Source of the DNA: Octopus sinensis
Taxonomy: Eukaryota
NCBI RefSeq assembly: GCF_006345805.1
Contig: NC_043012.1
Coordinates: 49,352,001-49,416,000, forward strand
Reading direction: 5' to 3'
Length of the DNA stretch: 64,000 bases
Part shown: in pieces, positions 52,335-64,000 of the stretch
How positions within the stretch are numbered: position 1 is the first letter of the stretch
Layout of the letters: each line of letters begins with the position of its first letter
Made by a program: the position numbers and the translations under genes
Notes under the pieces: generated by a model
The model's input: the letters and a program-made list of their open reading frames with translations, nothing else
What the model was told of the DNA's origin: nothing
The model's database searches: none

Positions 52335-52693
52335 TAAGGCGGCGAGCTGGCAGAAACGTTAGCAGGCCGAGCGAAATGCTTAGCGGTATTTCGTCTGTCG
52401 TTACGTTCTGAGTTCAAATTCCGCCGAGGTTGACTTTGCCTTTCATCCTTTTGGGTTCGATTGAATAAGTACCAGTTACGCAGTGGTGTCGATATAATCG
52501 ACTTAATCCGTTTGTCTGTCCTTGTTTGTCCCCTCTATGTTTAGCCCCTTGCGGGCAATAAGAAAAATAAAATATATATGTATATATATATATTATTTTT
52601 CTTACTGCCCACAAGGGGCTAAACATAGAGGGGACAAACAAGGACAGACAAACGGATGAAGTCGATTATATCGACACCACTGCGTAACTGGTA
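52335..52693 (+). mobile_element. SINE family A with inverted duplication of its 3' half
   Basis: Full copy 52335-52570, then reverse-complement arm to 52693. Confidence 0.9.
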
Positions 52694-53550
52694 TATATAT
52701 ATATATATACGTACTGTAGTCAATTCGTTCGATAAAATTCCACGAAGGCGCTGCTCTAGCATGGCTGTAGTCTAATGACTGTAACAAGTAAAAGATAAGA
52801 TAAAATATTCGTAAAATAACGACATATAATACTCAAGTGTTGAACACTTTGACCAGGACTGACCTAGGGCTACAACGCCATCATCATCATCATCATCATC
52901 AACATCATCATTAACAGCAACAAGGAAGCTAAGAACTATAGGGTAGTTTGTGTGGTTTATTACTTTCCACCATCCATAATAGAAAAGAAGGCTTAGAATA
53001 ACAATAGAAACAGCAAATAAATCCAGCTGTGTCTATAGACTCTCTGATCTCCCAGTGGGCCCTAGCAACACATGTTGACCCCTATGGTACTCACTCTACT
53101 GACTGACTGGCATCAATTTACATGACTAGTGCATAGCTCTTGACCATGACCGCTGTGTAAGTAACATAACTATATCCGGATGTGCGGCAGGCATTTAATG
53201 ATGTTAAACACACACACACACACGCACCGAACACACACACACACACATACACACACACACACACACACACATACACGCACACACACACACACGCACACAT
53301 ACACACGCATGCACACACACATACGCACGCACATGTAAGTATGTGAATGTTATCCTAAAACTGTGTGTATATACACACGGTTTTAGGATAACAGTCTATA
53401 CCAGTTGTTTGCTCGAAATGCGCTGTTTAAAGCGCATGCGTTTGTGTTTATTGTGCTTATGTGTGGAAAGGAGAACAGAAAGCGGGATATATGTATATAT
53501 ATATATGTATAATAATATATATCTATATATATATATATATATATCTATAT

Positions 53551-53633
<83 letters not shown>

Positions 53634-53787
53634 CGAATAAAAGGGATAACAGGAAGGCATTGTCATTAAAATGTTGTGGTAGGTAAACGTCGAGTCAGCT
53701 CCAACCGTCACACTATGAGAGGTGACCTGCGACCAAATGTACTCAGATCAGGATCAATCAGCTTTTTTTTGTATATTTAAAATTAAT

Positions 53788-54135
53788 GTTGGAGTGGCCG
53801 TGTGGTAAGTAGCTTGCTTACCAGCCACATGGTTCCGGGTTCAGTCCCACTGCATGGCACCTTGGGCAAGTGTCTTCTACTATAGCCTCGGGTCGACCAA
53901 AACCATGTGAGTGGATTTGGTAGACGGAAACTGAAAGAAGCCTGTTGTATATATGTGTGTGTGTCTGTGTGCATGTTTGTGCATCTGTTTGTTCTCCCAA
54001 CATTGCTTGACAACCGATGCTGGTGTGTTTACGTACTCGTAACATTAGTGGTTCGGCAAAAAGAGACCGATAGAATAAGTATTAGGCTTACTAAGAATAA
54101 GTCCTAGAGTCGATTTGCTCGACTAAAGAGGGTGT
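53788..54135 (+). mobile_element. SINE family B, near full length
   Basis: ggagtggccgtgtggtaagtagcttgc head through gatttgctcgactaaag. Confidence 0.9.
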
Positions 54136-56044
54136 GTGATTGTCAGGGAATTTGGCCGATCATTTTCGCGCGTCGAGTCATCATTTTGTACAGTTAAATT
54201 CGTGGGCTGTATTAAGTTTGCAAAACGTTAGACATACATGGTTTTCAGCCCCAACGTGCGGCTTACAGGTGACTTATGTCCATGTAAATGTACCGAGTGT
54301 ATTTATATGGAATATCTTTCGAATTTCGACTCGAAATATTTTCGGAAATTTGTTTCCAACTTGTAAACGACATAATATTAGTAAATGGGTTATTCAGTGT
54401 AGATGACAGAACGAATATCAGAAGACGTTGGGATATTCTTAACCTCCTAGGAGCACATCACATAAATCTTCCATTTAGCTGTATTTTATTCTGAGTTCTA
54501 GTGCCTCCAACCACAGATCTTAGAGAGACTGCGGAGGTTTATTTACAAGCCTCATTTCTGTGAATCCTATGACGTTTTTCATCTCGTCAGCTTTTGTTAG
54601 GGTTCCTATGTCTTTGCTTGCTGTTTTTACCGTTCACATACTTCAGGGATGAGTTATTTTTTTTATCTTCTTTCCTATTCATCTCAAAATTGTGTTGTTA
54701 TTCTCCCTTGTTGTAACACTTGGGGAGAGGGCGTCACGCTTGTTTACAGAATCCGCAGCAACCGTTCTGTGTTCTTGAAGTTACTTTGGTAAATATGCCT
54801 GTTGCTATTGTTGCTGTCACGGCTGCTCTACACAGCTTTCCTTTTTACACCGCATTTGTGACGTTTCCGGTTTTTCGGGGCAAAATTATCTGCACCCATT
54901 TCTGTATTACATATAAAGGAACTTGTATTTTGCTTTGTTCCATGAAAATCATACCCACTGATTCGATGCCTTCAAGTTGGTATTGTTCAGTATGGTTTTC
55001 TAATATTCGAGTCTCCTTTGGAGAAACCTCTCCTCCTGAGACTTCTCATCACTCCTGCGTTAACCAGTCGTGCAGACTGGCGCAAAATGTACAACAAAGA
55101 AAGAGTTCAACACCATTGAAATTACACTTGCCCATCATATTCGCATTTTTATATGCCACAAAATTTGGAGGAAGAGTGTTAGGGCAGGAGCATGCATCAG
55201 CAATTTAACCTGCTTTGAACGAATCATCATTTCTATACAAAAATACTAAAAAAAAAGGTATAAAAAAGAAACGCAGACCCGTAAATCTTACGGTGCACAA
55301 TCAAGAAGTGCCTTCTAATATTAGGTGGGATTCTTCTTTCCAGGTCTGCTCTTTGATACAAAATGAGAAGCCAACATCATTTTTTTCAAAACACAGATAT
55401 TGTAGACTTTCTCTTCGTCATTTCTTTCATTAAGTCTTGCAAAGACACAATGTCTGGCTTTACACAAATTTTCTAGTCAAGGCTATTTTCTGGAAATTTG
55501 AGTAACCTAAAAATAGTAGCTTAGAATATCTAAAATTTTAAATGCGTATGACAGTGAAATATAAAATATTTCCATCTCTCTGAAGGCAGAGATTTATTGG
55601 GATTGCTACGATTAATTTCATCTCTGTTTAGAAATTCATCGGAGACAAAATGTCAACATAATCTGTCCACGAAACTACTAATGAAACAGCTATTTATATC
55701 AAATACGAAATGGAGCTCAGTTGAAAAGGAGAGTTCAGTTTGTTTGAATGTGCATTCGTTAGCAATGTGGTTAACAAATTAAATATGCATACGCGACTAG
55801 GTGTAAATTTGATAATTTGACATTTATTGTACGTATATCTAGAAATTTCAAATGATAAGCGTCCTTGCGGAAATGCAAAAATATGCTTGCACACTTTCAA
55901 CTATGATTAGAATAAATAGTTTATCATCTGCATATTTTGAATAAACCAAATATCTTCGCCACATTTATGAGATATTTCTTCATCTCACCATTACATACGT
56001 AAAGGCAGTGACCGGGCAGAATCATTACCGCACAAGTAGTTGCG

Positions 56045-56995
56045 GCGAAAGGCGGAGAGCTGGCAGAAACGTTAGCACACCGGGCGAAATGCTTAGCCGT
56101 ATTTCGTCTGCCGTTACGTTCAGAGTTCAAATTCTGCCGAGGTCGACTTTGCCTTTCATCCTTTCGGAGTCGATTAGGTAAGTACCAGATAGGCACTGGG
56201 GTCGATATAATCGACTTAATCTCTTTGTCTGTCTTTGTTTGTCCTATCTGTGTTTAGCCCCTTGTGGGTAGTAAAGAAATAGGTATTTCGTCTGCCGCTA
56301 CGTTCTGAGTTCGAATTCCGCTGAGGTCGACTTTGCTTTTCATCCTTTCGGGGTCGATTAAATAAGTACCAGTTACGCACTAGGGTCGATGTAATCGACT
56401 TAATCTTTTTGTCTATCCTTGTTTGTCTCCTCTATGTTTAGCCCCTTGTGGGTAATAAAGAAATAGGTATTTCATCTGCCGCTACGTTCAGAGTTCAAAT
56501 TCTGCCGAGGTCGAGTTTGCCTTTCATCCTTTCGGAGTCGATTAGGTAAGTACCAGTTAGGCACTGGGGTCGATATAATCGACTTAATCTCTTTGTCTGT
56601 CTTTGTTTGTCCTATCTGTGTTTAGCCCCTTGTGAGTAGTAAAGAAATAGGTATTTCGTCTGCCGCTACGTTCTGAGTTCGAATTCCGCTGAGGTCGACT
56701 TTGCTTTTCATCCTTTCGGGGTCGATTAAATAAGTACCAGTTACGTACTAGGGTCTGTCCTTGTTTGTCTCCTCTATGTTTAGCCCCTTGTGGGCAATAA
56801 AGAAATAAGAATCATTACCGCACTGTGAAAAATACGTATCGACATTTTTCCGACTTTACGTTCTGAATCCAAATACCTGTGGGGTCGACCTTGTCTTTCA
56901 TCCTTTCGGGGTCGATTGAATAAGTTACCAGTTGAATACTGGGGTCGATGTAATCGATATGTCATCCCCAACCCCGAAATTACTGCCCTCGCGCT
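56045..56995 (+). repeat. SINE family A pentamer with ABAB higher-order structure (~184-bp units)
   Basis: One head; junctions aaagaaatag|gtatttc at ~56280, ~56465, ~56650; units 1/3 and 2/4 share diagnostic variants. Confidence 0.92.
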
Positions 56996-57205
56996 AAAAT
57001 TTTAAATTAACATTACATACACACACACAGAAACACTCACACACATAAACACGCACACAACAGGTTTCTGCACAGTTTCCACCTACCCTACTTGCTCACG
57101 TGATATCAGACAGCACGAGGCTATCGTAGAATGCAGGTGCTGAAGAGCCCACTCAATAGGATTGAAACAAATGAATGCCAAACGAGTTCCTCAAACACAC
57201 GCGCG

Positions 57206-57250
<45 letters not shown>

Positions 57251-57794
57251 GCACATACACATATACACGCATGCATGCACTCACACGTGCAAACAGACGC
57301 GGTTGTGCAGTAAAACAGCGAAGGAAAAAAACAGGGAAAGAGTGAGTGAGAGTCAGAGTCAGAGTGAAAGAGGAAGAGAAAGCGAGGGTAAAGCAAGCTG
57401 AACTAGAAAAGTAAATGTAATGGCAGATAGAAAGATTGGACAGTCAAATTTAGAAATATGTAACCAAGCATTGCCAGATACAGGTGTACATTATAATACG
57501 ATAAAAATTGGCTTGACAGTAGGATAAACTTTTAGCTTCAAGTGAAGACAGTGGGGATATAGCAAACAAAATTTTAAGGTCACAAATTCCTTTAAAGGAA
57601 GAGTATAAATTTTAACGAAGTTATTTATGGAACACATCACCATAACAATTTCCTACTCTAAGGTCGTGGATCCACGGTTTTTATGTTATGGAGAAGGAGG
57701 TTTAGGAGGTAAGATTTACACGAAGTTGGCAACAGATCTACTTACAAATTCCAGTTTCTCAAAGGACACTTTTTTCTCCATAAGGTATTCTATC

Positions 57795-57930
<136 letters not shown>

Positions 57931-58414
57931 CCTCTGTTTGAATATGTGTGTATCCTTGTAATTATGTATCTGTGTGTGTGTGTTTACGCACACACATACA
58001 CGCATACATACGTACAAATACACACATACAGATCCACACATTTCCATCTCTGTATGCATTCATCTTTGTGTATAAAGAGATTTTGGTTAATATTTTTACG
58101 GAGCGAAATGTTAACAAGCTTTGAGTAAATAAACATCAGAGAAGAATACAGACAACTGATACCGAGGGAGATTGTGGAAAACTACAGATGTTGCTCATCT
58201 GTCTAAGGGCCATTGGTCTAAGTAGGTTGTGGATGGCTAAGGAGAGGCTAAAACAACAATAGTCTACGAAACAATAACCCGAGCAGTGCATAAATCTTAA
58301 ACAACTCAACGTCCTTTATTCTGTACGGTCTGTTTTTCTTATTTCTTTATAACTCTATCACTTTACCTCTCTATCTTTTTCTTTATTCACACACACGCGC
58401 ACATGGAATATATA

Positions 58415-58458
<44 letters not shown>

Positions 58459-58479
58459 TATATATATCTTTATATATAT

Positions 58480-58764
58480 ATTCGTGTTATCATTATTGTT
58501 TTTACGTATTTTTGTATTCTTATTCGTGTAACATCGTCCGTTTTTTCGTCCTTGTTTTGTATACATTCGAGGCTTTCTTCCAGGGAATCTAATGCACTTG
58601 GCTTAGATTTTCCTTTGGGGCTGGCCAGGTCGGAGCAATCTCAAGATTAATCAGCCGAAATTGCGAGGATGATCCGGTTCTTGACAGAAAATTGAAGGCT
58701 TCGAATGTCCCGTCCGTTTTTTGTATCGTCTTCTAAATGTTTTGCGTTCTTGCCCCCTGTTTGT

Positions 58765-58770
<6 letters not shown>
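58480..58770. mobile_element. Unclassified short element between (TA)n and (CA)n
   Basis: Unique CpG-containing block embedded in microsatellites with an internal repeated cgtccgttttt motif; no second copy in the window. Confidence 0.35.
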
Positions 58771-58821
<51 letters not shown>

Positions 58822-59009
58822 GTATATATGTATATGTATTTGTATATATATATATGTATATGTATATGTATATGTATATATATATGTATATATATATATA
58901 TATATATATAATGTATGTATACATACACATACACACACATACACACACACACAAACACACACACACACACACACACACACCACACACATATATATATATA
59001 TATTTAATC

Positions 59010-59230
59010 TCTTACTTGTTTCAGTCATTAGACTGCAGCCTCACTGAAGCAACGCCTTGAAGAATCATTTAGCCGTATGAATCTCCCCCCCCCCAATACT
59101 TATCCTCTTTTAAAAGCCTGGTACTTGTTTTTGCACTGTATTTTACCGAATCGCTAAGTTGTGGGACGTAAATATAGAAAAATCGGTTATCAGTCGGTAG
59201 CAGGGTACAAACACGGACACAAAGACACAC
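59010..59230 (-). mobile_element. SINE family B, 3' half
   Basis: cttacttgtttcagtcattagactgcagcc..ttaccgaatcgctaagtt. Confidence 0.75.
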
Positions 59231-59634
59231 AAAAGCTTATGCATACATATATACACACATTCATAGACAGATAGATACATACATATTTATATACAGGGTC
59301 GTCAAAATTACGCAACGATGAAAATAACAGATATATTTACCAAAGCTACATAAAAATACTTCAAGACATATTTTCTATAGCCTTCGAATTGTGTAAACGT
59401 GGAAGACATTGTTCCATTATAAATATCAGGTCGAAGGTGGACCACTTTACTCGCATGTAGAGATTTTGTGGGAATTCTAAAAAAATTTAAAACCCCGTTT
59501 TGGTTTAACTTTCATAGGAATGGTCCTCAAATCCTGTCTGTAGAGCATACATGAATTGAAATGTACAACTTACAAATCTCGAACTAAGTTTAGTGCTATT
59601 ACTATCTTCCTCAGTCTTTTTATATTGATTTCTA

Positions 59635-59815
59635 ATTTTGGACCAAGGCCAGTAATTCCAGGAGAGAGGTTAATCCATTACATCGACCCCAGCTCTCTAC
59701 TGGTACTTATTTTATCGAGCCCGACGGAATTTGAACTCAGAACGTAAAGACGGAAGAAATAAGGTTAAGAATTTCGCCCTATGTACCAACGATTCTGCCA
59801 TCATACCGCCTTTAG
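59635..59815 (-). mobile_element. SINE family A (tail variant 2), degenerate
   Basis: ccaaggccag..catcgacccca..ggtacttattttatcgagcccga..atttgaactcagaacg. Confidence 0.75.
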
Positions 59816-60584
59816 TCATTTTATATTAGTAATGAATAATGAACGATAATGACTTTATTATATACTGCCTCTATCCCTCCTTAAGTAAATTTAATAATTT
59901 AATTTAATACAAGAGATAATTTAACAGCCCCTAGATTCCTGAGCACGTCAAAACTAATGAGATCAAACTAGATCGAAATAGTAACTATTTATTAATGCTG
60001 TTTAAGACTCAATAATTAAAATAGAAAATCGAAGTAAGCAAATTCAATAAAATAAAAGGATAAAAATGATGTACATTATTCCATTCCCTTTAATATCGAA
60101 AGTTAATGAAATGTAAGCTTGGCAGTAGTTTTGTATTTCCATAGAGGACAATCAATCAACAGAAAGACTTAAAATGTCACATACACATGACGTTTTTTTT
60201 TAATTATTATTTTAGCGAAGACTACAGCGTTTTGGAAGAAATCTAGAGAATACGATGGCATACATATTCATTCTTAATACGGTGTAGCCAATTCGGAAAT
60301 GAATAAGTGGACCACTGTTGCATTTTGACATTGGAAAACAACTCCTCATTTCAAATGAATGTGCCTTCATTATACACACGTCTATAGGAAAAAAAATTAA
60401 AACGTGGATATAATAAAGCTATTTCTTGTGTGAAATTTCAAAAGAAAGACATTGGAAGTGGTCCCAAGTCTCTAGCGGGCCCCCTGAATGGTGCTAGGGC
60501 CATTTCCCAACATGTACAACATCGCATTTCAAAAAATAAATGAAGGGTTTAAGGGATATATAATTCTTATCGGATTAACATACC

Positions 60585-61785
60585 ATTATTTTTTCGATTT
60601 CATCTCAAAGCTGCGGCCAAGCTGGGGCACCACCGTTTTGCTACACTGGTATCATTGAAAGCCTCCTCTGATATGTGACATTTGGTGAATAAGGGAGTTT
60701 GATGTCACTGCCCTCATTTGCGCCTCCTGCCGCGAGGTAGATATTCTGGGACTCCCGACAGGAAGAGATCCAGATTTGTTTTGAAAACACCTACATTTAC
60801 TTCGTGTAGCCCCCCCCCCCAGGATCTTTGAAAGAATGTTAAAAATCTTTGGGCCCTTGAAACATAGGTTGTTGCAGTAACTGGTCCTGAAATGCGACAC
60901 CTTTTTGGGGAACTTTGGTGCTGTACATTGGCAAACAGTTCTGCAATTTATGTAGCTTTCAATGCCAAGATTTTGCACTATCCCTTCAATGGTCTTCCAG
61001 ATGTATATTACTGCTTATCTGTCCTGCCTTCGCTTCAGGGAGTAGAGTCTTAGCTGTTTCAGCCTTTCCCAGTAACTGAGCTGTTGCAATGAGACGATCT
61101 TTTTTGTGAAGCTTCGCTGCATTGTTTCAAGGTCCGCTGTTAATTTTACCCAGTGGAGTGACCATAGTTATGAGAAGTAGTCCGGACGGCTGAGGACGAA
61201 TATCCTCCAGAGGACCATCATAGTTTCCTTATCTATGAATTTGAAATCTCAGGATCAAACCAGCCAGCCGTTTGCACTTTGATGACATCTTGGTAATGTG
61301 CACTTCGACAGAGGTATCATCACTCATGTCAATACCCAAGTCACGCACTGGTTTACGTTCTGAGATTGTAATCTCCGCCGGGCAAGTGTACCCTGTATGT
61401 TTTTCGATCAGGTTTGCGGGTGGTAGCGCAGGGCTAGGAACTTTTCTGCATTAAATTGCATATTATTGTCCTCAGCCCATCTGTATATTACGTCCAGCTT
61501 CTACTGCAGGCGTGCAACATCGATAGAGTTTTGCATTTTCTGCAAGACTTCCGTATCGTCTGCATAGATAGCAAGGGTGGCTATCCGGGCTGCTGAGGGC
61601 ATATCTGAGAGAGCCACTATGAAAAGTAGTGGTCCCAAGACAGTGCCCTGTGGAACACCACTCACTATTTGTATTTCCTTTGAAGTGTCTCCATTGGCCA
61701 CCACTGCTTGATTTCTATATTTCCGAAAGTCGTGTAACCAATTTTGCAACTTGGATAAGGAAGGCTAGATATAAATCACGAAAAT
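60585..61785 (-). mobile_element. CR1-like LINE, 5'-truncated (RT C-terminal half plus 3' UTR)
   Basis: SGVPQGTVLGPLLF and YADDT RT motifs; VRDLGIDMS; LSYWERLKQLRLYSLKRR typical of CR1; stops and frameshifts. Confidence 0.92.
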
Positions 61786-61789
61786 GACT

Positions 61790-62883
61790 TGAATCCATCA
61801 AAAGTTTGCACCTTGGTCAGCTCGGTTGAGGAACTTATTGAAAAAGCTTTTCCATGTATAATTTCAAGTTGCACAAATGCTACTTAGTTGTGCGAAAAGC
61901 AACTATGGCAACAAAGAACGTTACTGTGAATAATTTAAATGAAAAACTCAAGAAACTTTTACCACCAAACGAACATACTTCTAAATATATAGACTCTGTT
62001 GTTGATGAATCGGAAATAGTCAATTACCCGGTTGAGTTCTTAAATTCACTGCAACCACCAGGAACTCCTCCTCATTAACTTCCATTGAAAATAGGAGCTC
62101 TAATTATACTTCTGCGCAACCTTTCTGAACCAAAGTTGTGCAATAGCACAAAGCTTGTCAAGAAAATAATGGGTAATGCCATATAGGCCATGGTGAAGAT
62201 GTCTTTATTCCACGTTCAACTTTATTGCAATCCAATGTGACCTTCGAGTTCAAACGACTTCAGTTTCCAATACATCTGTCATTTGCGATGTCTATTAGTA
62301 AATCCCAAAGTCAGACTTTGAAAGGTGCTAGTTTACAATTAGAAGAGGACTGATTCTCCTTCGGTCAGTTATATGTTGGGACATCCAGAGTGGGGAGCAG
62401 GATCAATCTTTTCATTTTTGCCCCCACTGGTAAAACGTCTATAAGGAAGTTTTTACCATGGGGTTAACTAACTAAAATTTTCAGAATAATTGATAGCTTT
62501 GAATTGATATTGTCAACGTCACACTATATTCGTCTAAGAAAAAGTATTTGTATTTTAGTTTGTTGTAATACTTAACTTCAATAAGTTATAGTATATATGT
62601 TTTAGTTTTCTCCTAACTTTCATTTGCTATCTTGTACTAGGCATAAGCCAAAGTCTGTGCGATATTTGGTTCATTTATAGACTGAAATACTATAGATCAT
62701 AGATCAGAAGTTTATATGCACCCACGATAATATTGGCCAGAAGAAAACAGCTTCATCGTTACATGGAGGTTAATAACCATTTCTTATATACGTTCAATAC
62801 AATCTAAGTGAATAATTCTCAATATTCTTAGTGCAATGTTGGTAGCTTCTTTCAACCCAGTCAATGACGGGTGTATCTACTAG
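61790..62883 (+). mobile_element. Helitron 3' portion: decayed PIF1-like helicase C-terminus and canonical 3' end
   Basis: [73 protein letters not shown]; hairpin cccagtcaatgacggg 62856-62871, then CTAG (62880-62883) followed by T. Confidence 0.93.
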
Positions 62884-62884
62884 T

Positions 62885-62905
62885 AAATATATATATATAT
62901 AATAT

Positions 62906-62976
<71 letters not shown>

Positions 62977-62993
62977 TATATACACACACACAC

Positions 62994-63052
<59 letters not shown>

Positions 63053-63110
63053 TATATATGCACACGTATACATGCATATATATATGAGTATATGTATATA
63101 TATATATATA
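62885..63110. repeat. (TA)n microsatellite
   Basis: Direct reading. Confidence 0.95.
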
Positions 63111-63399
63111 CGCACAAATATTTACTCCCCCACAGAGTCGCACATACATACAAACACCCACACACGCGTCACATCGATTCTCTCTCACTCACGCACACAC
63201 AGATGCACAAACACACGCATTCATACGTACATACACATAATTCCCGCTCCATCAATCGCACACATACAAACACATATACACACACAACTACACCCAACCA
63301 CTGACACACACATACACACACACACTGACCATTTTCTTACTCTCCTGTCCCCTAAAACCAATTTCTCCATCTCTTTCTACTTCCGATCATTTCAGTAAT

Positions 63400-63580
63400 G
63401 TAACTACACACGTGCTTTGGCGATTTCTTTTCATTTTTTCGAACTTTTTCCTTTCTCCTTTCCGACGAAGAAATTTGCTGGAAGCGTCAAACTTTCCCTT
63501 TCAACCGAGCTTTCAAGCTATTACATTTTTTTGTGCAAGTACTCTTGTTTCCGTTAATTTTATTCGCTTATTTGAATTTT

Positions 63581-63590
<10 letters not shown>
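63400..63590 (+). mobile_element. Decayed relative of the 38440-38640 element with a mutated hammerhead-like core
   Basis: tttccgacgaagaaatttgctggaagcgtcaaac aligns to ctgacgaagagc..gctcgaaacg; ends in (TA)n. Confidence 0.45.
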
Positions 63591-63625
<35 letters not shown>

Positions 63626-64000
63626 CACCCCACCAAATATATCTATGTATATGTATGTATCTATGCATATATATTATATTTTCGCTTAGGCGTATGGAGA
63701 CTAATCCCCCGGTAGAGAACTCAGTACACGTATAGTTCCGACCACAATGTTAGAGTGGTAATAGAAACGAAGATATGATCCCGGAAATATCAAATGATTC
63801 GTAACGACCTTGATTACATCACAGCCATTTCTGTTATAGGATTTGGTGAATTCTTAGTTGAGTACCAAGAGAACATCTTTTAGATTCACCAGGACCTTGA
63901 ATGGCGCATTTTATTCAGGAAAGTTACATTTTCAGAACATACAGTCGTTATGAGTGAGAAAGTTTATGTTGATGGCTATAGAAAGTTCTATCCCAAGGGT

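Noticed and set aside
54480-55210. 162-aa ORF and a possible LINE endonuclease/5' UTR relic
   Set aside because: No diagnostic motif could be read confidently in any frame; a CTGACGA..GAAAAACGTC string there lacks stem I
59295-59520. TA-CAGGGTCGTC Tc1/mariner-like terminus
   Set aside because: No partner TIR or transposase sequence found

Overview
Eukaryotic, very AT-rich, gene-poor, repeat-dominated DNA. The SINE families, microsatellite load and element mix strongly suggest an octopus (cephalopod) genome; this is recognition, not a database result. No intact protein-coding gene is supported: almost all ORFs in the track are microsatellite or SINE artefacts. Recognisable content: (1) at least six remnants of R4/Dong-clade RLE non-LTR retrotransposons, all abutting (TAA)n in the same polarity; (2) a CR1-like LINE 3' portion, an RTE LINE 3' end, and a Helitron 3' portion (PIF1-type helicase plus hairpin-CTAG end); (3) a Tc1 relic, an internally deleted mariner, two copies of a fold-back mariner with two 5' ends, a hAT MITE and an 86-bp-arm MITE; (4) many copies of at least four tRNA-derived SINE families, one forming head-to-tail multimers with recurrent junctions; (5) hammerhead-ribozyme-like motifs in short elements embedded in (TA)n; (6) a 100-N scaffold gap. 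The best leads are the hammerhead-like motif at 43813-43859, the TAA-targeted R4 cluster at 19.9-23.1 kb, and a SINE/LINE shared 3' stem-loop with compensatory changes.
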